Below, piece by piece: positions 10,073 through 18,260 of a DNA stretch of 23,755 nt. Both the position numbers and the translations under genes were made by a program. Source of the stretch: Zygophlyctis sp. KS116 (taxonomy: Eukaryota > Fungi > Chytridiomycota); NCBI GenBank assembly GCA_054661495.1, contig BAAFSQ010000153.1:1-23755 (forward strand). The letters run 5' to 3'. The notes under the pieces are model-generated. The model did no database searches. It saw nothing but the letters and a program-made list of their open reading frames with translations, and had not been told where the DNA came from. Each line of letters opens with the position of its first letter. Position 1 is the first letter of the stretch.

Positions 10073-11272
10073 ATGAATTTATTAAGAAAACATACATCTA
10101 ATTTGCTGGCTGTGGGATTAGTGGGCTATACTTACTCAAAGGGTCACATATTTACAGATCAGTCAACAGTATTAGATAAATCTACAAATTCAGTGATTAT
10201 TATTGGTTCGGGACCAAGTGCACATACTGCTGCTATTTACGCTGCTCGGGCGAATCTTAATCCAAGTATATCTTACAACTAATGATATAGTATTGTTTGA
10301 AGGATTTATGGCTGGTGGGATAGCTCCGGGCGGTCAATTGACTACAACTACCACTGTTGAAAATTGTAATTATATAATGTATCATTAAAAGTTCCTGGAT
10401 TTCCTAATGGTATCATGGGGCCAGATCTTATGGATCGACTCAGATCTCAATCATTAAATCATGGAACAATAATAGTCACAGAAACAATCGCATCCGTAGA
10501 TTTATCTCAAAGGCCTTTTAAGATTACTGCTCTAGACGGATCGCATTATTATTCTAAAGCTCTTATAATAGCAACGGGAGCTACAGCAAAACGTCTAAGA
10601 ATCCCTGGAGAAGAAGAATATTGGCAAAAGGGTATTTCTGCATGTGCAGTGTGTGATGGGCCTTTGCCGGTTTATAGAAATGCGAGTATTTAGTATATTT
10701 CTAAAAAAAGGAATTGGTGTCGTTGGAGGAGGTGATACTGCATGTGAAGAAGCATTATTTCTTACTAAATATGCATCTCATGTTCATTTATTTGTACGTA
10801 GAAGTGTATTAAAGGCTTCTAAAATAATGTCCGAAAGGATACTTGATCATCCAAAAATCACTATAGAATGGAATACAGTACCTATAGAAGTCAAAGGGAA
10901 TGATTCTGGGTTAAATACTGTTGTTTTAAAGGATACAAACACTTTAAAAACAAGAGAGATGGAATGTACTTGAAAATAGATTTATATTAGGCAAGGGACT
11001 ATTCTATGCGATTGGACATACTCCAAACACTGATTTTTTGAAATCTTTAGACAATTCAGAGAAATCCCAATGTCAAATAGATGATCACGGATATATAATT
11101 GTACAGCCTGGTACTTCAATAACGAGTGTTGAAGGCGTTTTCGCTTGTGGTGATGTTCAAGATAAAAAGTGATTAATTTATTATTAATATCAGATATAGA
11201 CAAGCCATTACTGCTGCAGGAAGTGGATGTATTGCTGCATTAGATTGTGAAAAATGGCTTGAAACTGTTTAA
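10073..11272 (+). CDS. TRR1: Thioredoxin reductase, low-molecular-weight NADPH type, with N-terminal extension (spliced)
   Basis: Motifs [50 protein letters not shown] (CAVC active site), [37 protein letters not shown]. Introns 10266-10290, 10366-10391, 10686-10710, 10966-10990, 11169-11193 (25, 26, 25, 25, 25 nt). Confidence 0.95.
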
Positions 11273-11330
11273 AATAATTGGATTTACATTTTTCCCTTTG
11301 CACCTATTGCACGTTCAATTGAGAATCGCT

Positions 11331-11786
11331 ATGGAACAGGATATTGAAGATTTACAAGAGAAATTATGTCCATATGTACCGTTTGTAATCAATTATTACA
11401 TAAAATTAGTATGGGCCATGTAACATTCAAGATCTAGAAATTGGACAAGTAAAGTTTTGGTGTATTTTCCATTTACTAAATCTCTAGGCCGATGTGGGTA
11501 ATAGCACTTTTTTAAACAAAGTCTAAGTCAGAAACAACCATGGTGTGATGGATCTCACAAGGGAACAGGATTCAAACCCATGAAATGGACTGTTCCTGGA
11601 ACCATAAAAGACGGTAAAAATCAAAGGATGTACTCTATTTGTAATTGTAAATACACAAAATCCCCTCCATTCTGTGATGCTACTCACATCAATCTACCAC
11701 TTGAGTATCTAAAAGCTCAAAGAAATTGTATTAAAGATCATAAATCTGTAATTTTATGTACTACATGTGGATTTAAACCAACTTAA
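11331..11786 (+). CDS. CDGSH iron-sulfur domain protein with two CDGSH motifs (CISD3/MiNT-like), spliced
   Basis: Spliced product contains WCRCGLSQKQPWCDGSHKG and ICNCKYTKSPPFCDATH. Introns 11385-11409 (25), 11462-11487 (26), 11498-11521 (24), with a 10-nt exon at 11488-11497. Confidence 0.88.
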
Positions 11787-11791
11787 TATAA

Positions 11792-12403
11792 TTATTCATC
11801 ATTAGCAGGCCCTTCTTCATCCAAATACTTTATCAGTTTAACTCTTAATTCCGTTGATGAATCACCACGCAACACATCAGACACAAAAAACGCAGAAACT
11901 TGAATCTGAACCATTTCCAATGCACCACGTATGATTCCTACTAGAATATTGGAATACCATAAAGTAGCAGACGCCGTTTCATCTGGTAATTCTACAAATT
12001 CAGCAAGTGGATTTTCTTCAAATATTAGAGAAAATTCTGAATTATCAGTCGACCAATTACTGATTAGAGGCGAAATTCCTAAAAACATTTTGAATCCAAC
12101 CTAACTTTAATCTATTAAAAAACCTTTGAAATCATTTCAGCAGTCTCCTTGAGGTCTGTACATTTCAATGCACCAGTTTTTGCTAGAAATTCTTCAATCA
12201 AACGTTGTCCCATTGCATATCCCATTTTATCCAATTGCTTATTCACAGTCTCGTAGTCTTCAGTATCCTTGATCAGCTGTGCTACAAATGATCCATATGT
12301 CAATGTGAATAGTTCAGAGCTCTTTTTATTATTATAATGTACATACAATCTTGTCCATCTTCTTGAAAATCTCATCGCCAGAAATCACTTTTCCTCGCAA
12401 CAT
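11792..12403 (-). CDS. BET3: TRAPP complex subunit Bet3/TRAPPC3 (spliced)
   Basis: Motifs ELFTLTYGS.VAQL, VNKQLDKMGY.MGQRLIEEFLA, SKVGFKMFLG, ENPLAEFVELP, LWYSNIL.GIIRGALEMV. Introns 12322-12346 (25) and 12101-12123 (23). Confidence 0.95.
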
Positions 12404-12513
12404 TACAGCCTGGCCCTCGGCTTTAGATACCAAGTTATAGTATGAATTGGTTCAAGGCGCTGATCTAGTAATGTGAGGATCCTTCCTTATTTCATGTCTG
12501 ATTGGTCAATACT

Positions 12514-12581
12514 AATGGCACGCACTCAGGATTCATAATTTCTTTCGTGATCGGACAAATATAAGTAGTTGAATGGCACGC
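12514..12581. repeat. Direct repeat AATGGCACGC x2 in the spacer upstream of BET3
   Basis: Exact 10-mer at 12514-12523 and 12572-12581. Confidence 0.5.
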
Positions 12582-12599
12582 TGGCTCATAAACGATTTC

Positions 12600-15500
12600 T
12601 CATGTTGTTTTATTCCTCGACCTGAAGCCAAAGTTGAAGAAGCTCTTTTTGGCCTTTTTGGTGCCACTAACACTGAATTCAGATCCTACAAAACTTTCAC
12701 TATGTGCGTATGCAGACAATTTTAGTTTCACCGACAGCCAGTCATTCAGTTGAATGGTGCTTTCGTCACCAAGCACAGACTTGAATGAAATAGGAAAAGA
12801 TTTCGCAATCTTTGGTGGATCATCATAGAATATTTTGATACTTAAAGATTGTTTAGAATCTGTATCATCAATCGTGATGGGAACAGAACATGTTTGTGGG
12901 AATAGACTAGAATAATGCTTCTTTTCTGGTAGTGGGTGTTCGGATTTCCAAAGTATTTGTCCTTGCTGATCATGAAGCTCTAAAAAGTAATGTTCTTTTT
13001 CTAGTATTAGAGAAAATACAAGATTTTACCATTTTTTTCATGAATTGGGATTTTAGACTGTTGTTCAAACGATAAATTCAATAATGCTGGTATTTCCTTG
13101 AGAATAGGTGAAACGGATGAAATGGATTCAGAGGCTTTTTTCTCTTTCTGATCGTGTATTGAGTCTTTCAAATCACTGCGAGCAACAAGTTTGGATGGTT
13201 TGAGGCTGTTTTGATCATCATTCTTTTCTGCTGAACTCGTACTTTTTCGGTTAGTTTTCTCTTTCTCAAAATCCTTTGTTGCATCTGTTTTAGTATCTGG
13301 AAATTTATCTAAATGTATAGAAACGTTAAAGGTTAATTGTCCTGTAATTTAGTTTTTAGAAAAGTACCAGTAACTTTCTCTTCGTTTGTTAAATTCATAG
13401 TTCCACTAAATTGTTTTACTTCTGTCAAACAGCATTCAAGTCCGTCTGGGGATTTGAATATAGGACCTTTACTCGTAGAATTCGGTTGCAGTCTTTCAAA
13501 ATCAATCTACAATTATTCCGAAATTTCTTACCAATGATAATAAACTAAAATTTAACTGGCCAATGAGCTTGTTTGTGGTTATCTTATTATAATCCTTTAT
13601 GCGAAAATTCAGTATATCATTTGAAACAATCATTTGAAGAGTTATTGGGATATTGATTTTGCCTTCTTTTGAAAAATCTAAAATGTAAATGATGTTTATA
13701 TTACCTGGATTAAGATTTGCATAATATACTGATGATTTGAATATTTGGTTATCTTTAAAGCTAATTGTAATGTAGGGATCACTTAAGCCTATCATTTAAT
13801 TCCGAAAAAAATATTTTACCATTGTCATAATTTAAGCCTGAGAGAGCAGTGGCTTTAAGTAATTCGATTTCTAATATCCCAGAGAATGTATTATCTAAAT
13901 CTAAAATTAGAATTCGTGTATGGTGCATACTGCTAGGTTCGTAAATGTCCGATTTATTGACCGGAATCATTTTAGAAGCTAAAAAGTCGATTATGGTGCC
14001 ACTTGCCTTTGAGCCTGCAACTTTTCCAACATCAAATACAGTGGCCGTTTTGTTCTTAGTTGGATTTTCATTTAAAATTGTCATTTGGGTCGCTTCAAGT
14101 CCCAAACTTGCATCAACTGTGACCATGTCTCCTTCTCTTTTACGTCTCAGTATTTGGTCAGTTTCAGGCGTTATAATACGCAACCTTAAAGAAAAATTAA
14201 TAGATCCTTGTGTGGCTCCTTCCAACACTACATCAGCACTTGCTTCATAAAACGTTTTTGGGCAGATACTTTCTAATTCTCCACTATCAGAAACTCGAAC
14301 AAGTTTGCTTAGATCATAAAAAACAGAGCCCATCGGCTTCATTTTACCTGACTTTCAAAAAATAAAATCTTACCGAATGCATTGTAATCTCGAACAAGAA
14401 TCTGCATACTATCTAAATCGTCAGTTCTTAGAAGAACTCCAATTACTTGCTCATTTTCAAATGTTGGATTGAGCTGTTTTTGGTATTCTTCAGATTTAAA
14501 AATCCTCCTGTTGTTGATTTCAACGCAAAAGTATGGATCACTAGTTTCTAAAAAAATTATTTAAGTAGAATCTTACTTCCATCCGAATTTACAGCCAATA
14601 GTCCAGAAGCTTTTATCAGTCTTATTTCTAGAATTGCCGGAAGCTTATCAAATGAATCCGACTTAGCGTTGCGAAAATCAATTGGAAAGAATGTCAAATT
14701 AAAACGTAAGCGTGGAATAACCTTTGAACGTAACGTTTCTTTAGGATTCCTTGATTGAGTCAATTCATGCCATTCACTATCCCGAGCCTATAGTTAGAGT
14801 AAATTGAAAATACAGATAAATCTTTGATCTCGTTGCCCATAATAAGGTAAGATGCAATTTTAACCTTTTCTCTGCTGTCTATGATCACAAACTCAATTTG
14901 TGATGCTTCATAATCTTCAGTAAAATATTCAAAAAACTCGTTCCAGTAAGGCTTTGAAGTCATTTTTTTGATTGATGTCTCAAATACCTTCTTTCCATTG
15001 ATATATACTAAACATTAATCAAAGAATAATATACATAGCAGCTGTGGATATATTCCCTGGAAAACTGATAAATCTTTTGCTTCGATAATATTCAAATTCA
15101 TGATTCCCTGTAAAAATTCATTCAATTTCTTATCAGTTCCAGTAGCTTCCAAGACCTCTAAAACACTATTATCTATCCTAGGGAGAAATTGAACTTGATA
15201 TCGAAGTTGTCCTTTCACTTTTTTCTCGTTTGACTTGTTATAAAGGTCAATCCATCTTGAATAAGAATTATTAAAATTACTTGTCAAACTTTTCATCGTT
15301 ATAATGAAGTGTATCAGAGCCTCTTCCTAGAAAATTCTCTCCTAATCCTGTTTTATGATAGATAAACAGTGATAGCCGCTCTGTTCTAGGGGGAACAGGA
15401 ATGAAAAACGATTCATTCCAAATTGGAGAAAGACTGTTTTCAATAATCCTTGTTTGTGCAGCTGGCCCAGCACTTTGATCATCAAAGAACACCTTTACAA

Positions 15501-16567
15501 AAGGGTCGGATAAGTTATTTTTGCTAATTAGTGTTCCAAACGCTTCTGCATTCGGTAAATCCCTGGCCTGCTTTATAGTTATTTTTGCGATTCCAATAGA
15601 GACTATTACTTTACAAATTGTTAAGTACCATGTTCCATTTTATCCGTCTTCATCATATCTTCAATATCCATTAAATACGTGTTGGGAGCCACATACCAGG
15701 AAAGTGAAGTATGGATTAAATTATCAATAAACTCTTGCAATAGAGGAATATCCATAACCTATCAATATTATTTAAATTATAATACATTAATTGAGACTAG
15801 CGGTTTCAAGGTAAATTTCAGCTCTGGAGGAGTTAAGAAACAGAATTCAGCCGTTTTTACAAATGGATAATTATTAATCAGCTTAAGCTTTAGCCTCAAC
15901 TATAAAATTTAGATGATACAATTACCTTTGATGAGAAATACAAATCCGTTAATCTTATGGGAAGTTCGACCTTTATCAATCTTGCCACCAACTCTATCCT
16001 TAATCCTGCCGATACAGTAGAATCATTTTCATACAATGGTTCAAAATCAATATCTAAATCTAGAGATATAAGATCAGGCTCTAAAGAAGGATAAACCTGA
16101 GCATTGCTTAATATCGGTGGGATTGATCCTAGAGTAAAAACCTTTAGTTTCAATGACTCCAAAAAAGATGGACAAGCAGACTCCAAAACCAAATCAATAC
16201 TTCTCCCTAAATCTTCTGAAAGAGAAGGAGAGTAAACCACCCAAAATCTTGTCAAAATATGATTTAACCATTCAACAGTCTCTGAATGTTGCATTAACAT
16301 ATTATGAGCATTTTCCCTTTGAGCTGCAAATACCAAACTCTTCCTGAGTCTATTAATTTCTCCATATACAAACGAGTGTACAAACCAAAGAAACAAAAAA
16401 CACCATAGAATTGACATGTTGAAATGACCCAAGAGATATCCAACTAGAACAGATAAGTACATAAGGGGAGGAAGTATTCCAAACTGCAGCCATTGCGGTG
16501 GTTCCAAGTCAACTAAAGACTTGTTTGTGAGAACAGAAGTTGTAGATGCTTTTCTGTGTGTAGACAT
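12600..16567 (-). CDS. Tricalbin / extended-synaptotagmin-like ER-plasma membrane tether (TM hairpin, SMP, at least 4 C2 domains), spliced
   Basis: N-terminal hydrophobic hairpin; SMP motif ETVEWLNHILTRFW...FTLGSIPP; C2 motifs SDPFVKV, SDPYF, SDPYI. 14 introns: 15900-15925, 15759-15785, 15603-15628, 15256-15280, 15008-15034, 14788-14813, 14548-14576, 14348-14373, 13901-13930 (putative, in frame), 13789-13819, 13678-13704, 13507-13531, 13342-13367, 13001-13029. TGA at 12600-12602. Confidence 0.87.
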
Positions 16568-16783
16568 TTTCGTCCGAATCTATTTGACGTACGCGAGTAA
16601 CTTGTTCGGACATTCACTAATTGTATTTCCTATAGATTCTGCAATTACAATTTACAGTTTATAATGTGTGGGTGCCACTTGAAATACAAATCAATGGTAT
16701 TTTTATATGGTGGGAATCAAGAATGGAATCTCATGGAACACTAAAGATAAACAACTATAGGTTTACGATCAGGAATTGAGTAA

Positions 16784-17683
16784 ATGGGATTCATCTTTGG
16801 AGCAAAAAAAGCCTTTCAGACACTTTCAGAAGAGGTGTTAGCCACTGAAATCCCTAAAAAACGCTACTTGATCATTGGCGGAACTGCAGGAATTGGCAAA
16901 GCTCTTGCTGAGTCGCTGTTAAAGAGAAATGCTCAAGTAACAATTGTTGGGAGAAGACAACCAGAGGAATCATTGGCTAAAGCTTCTTTTGTTCAAAGAG
17001 ATTTGTCTCTAATGAAGAATGCCAAAGCATTGGCTGAAGATGTTGATGTTGAAAAGTTTGACGTAATTGTCTTTACAAATGGAATTCTTAGTCGCTCTAA
17101 AAGAACTGAAACTCCAGAAGGGATCGAAGAAGATTTAGCAATTTCTTATCTATCTCGTTTTGCTTTTCTTAAAAGAGCCATGGAACTTGGATTTTCTAAA
17201 AAGAGATTGGACTCTTCTACCAAGCCTAGAGTTTTTATTACGGGATATCCAGGAAAGAAACAAGATGCTTCAGTAGATGATTTAAATTCTGAAAAAGAGT
17301 ATAAACAATGGCCTGCTCATATGAATACAGTTGTTGCAAATGAAACATTAGTGTATGATGTTGCAAATAAGAATCCAGCTGTTAATGTTTATGGATTGAA
17401 TCCTGGTCTTATAAAAACTGATATTAGAGTAAATGTACTTGGTACCGGTGCTTTGAATTATTTTGTGGAAGGTGCAATCGGATTATTCTGTAAGTCTGCA
17501 GAAAAGTATGCAGAATCAGTACTTGTTCCATTAATGGTGACTCCAGATATAGAGAATAGTTCAAAAGCATTATTTGAATGTGATGGGTCCTTGTTAAATC
17601 CTAATTCATTCTTGACTGAAGAGAATCAAGGAAAGATTGTCAATGCATCTGAAGAATTACTTAAAAAGGCAGAGACTTGTTGA
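16784..17683 (+). CDS. Short-chain dehydrogenase/reductase-fold oxidoreductase, intronless (299 aa)
   Basis: Rossmann motif LIIGGTAGIGKALA, plus VTIVGR, TPEGIEEDLAISYLSRF and LNPGLIKTDIR. No clear canonical YxxxK. Confidence 0.85.
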   Translation: MGFIFGAKKAFQTLSEEVLATEIPKKRYLIIGGTAGIGKALAESLLKRNAQVTIVGRRQPEESLAKASFVQRDLSLMKNAKALAEDVDVEKFDVIVFTNGILSRSKRTETPEGIEEDLAISYLSRFAFLKRAMELGFSKKRLDSSTKPRVFITGYPGKKQDASVDDLNSEKEYKQWPAHMNTVVANETLVYDVANKNPAVNVYGLNPGLIKTDIRVNVLGTGALNYFVEGAIGLFCKSAEKYAESVLVPLMVTPDIENSSKALFECDGSLLNPNSFLTEENQGKIVNASEELLKKAETC

Positions 17684-17783
17684 AACTTTTTATATTCTTT
17701 GAATTAAATACATGAATATCTCCATTATGTTACTTATAGTCGAGTGTCCGGACAAGGTTACATAACTTGCAAAATTGCTGAAA

Positions 17784-18260
17784 ATGACAAGAATAATTCC
17801 TTCTATGCAGCATATTCTAGAGACTCATATTGTACCAGGACAGTACATGCATTTCTTTAAAGAGCCTAAAAAATCAGAACCAATTACGATTGTCAAAACA
17901 ACTGAAAAGAAGAAGAAGAGAATGGCTGAAAAACTAAATTATTTAATTCCTGAAATTCAATCTGCAATGGATTTGGCTGCACAGGAACCTTTTCTAAAGA
18001 GGATCTTAAAGGGAATGCAGTTTCCAAAGATTGAGGCTGATTCCCAGAAACTGATTCTGCATTACAGTCTGAACCAAAAACAAAACTTTGAGCAAATAGA
18101 AAAAAATCTAGATATCTCCAAAGGTTTAATCTACAAGTATTTGGTAAGGCAGGTGCCCGCTAGAAAATTTCCTTCAAGATTAGAATTTAGACCTTATGAC
18201 TTTAAATTAGAAAAATTGGATGGGATATACTCCAAAATTCAAAAAGAGTTAGGACTCTAG
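17784..18260 (+). CDS. Putative mitochondrial ribosome-binding factor A (RbfA)-like protein
   Basis: The C-terminal LIYKYLVRQVPARKFPSRLEFRPYD..LEKLDGIYSKI resembles the RbfA 'LRxxPELxFxxD' region, and basic KKRMAEKL precedes it. First ATG at 17784. Similarity judged by eye only. Confidence 0.5.
   Translation: MTRIIPSMQHILETHIVPGQYMHFFKEPKKSEPITIVKTTEKKKKRMAEKLNYLIPEIQSAMDLAAQEPFLKRILKGMQFPKIEADSQKLILHYSLNQKQNFEQIEKNLDISKGLIYKYLVRQVPARKFPSRLEFRPYDFKLEKLDGIYSKIQKELGL

Noticed and set aside
11161-11200. In-frame TGA in thioredoxin reductase as selenocysteine
   Set aside because: The TGA lies inside intron 11169-11193. Splicing gives the conserved DKKYRQA, and this is the low-molecular-weight CAVC enzyme, which is not a selenoprotein.
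12478-12540. U13/snR45-like snoRNA
   Set aside because: Only a 9-nt 18S complement and a loose 5' resemblance. The second guide element and a proper C box are missing, so it is kept only as a weak hint.
13337-16347. Plus-strand ORFs inside the tricalbin gene (13337, 13945, 15521, 15679, 16153)
   Set aside because: Antisense to well-supported exons with no recognisable domains.
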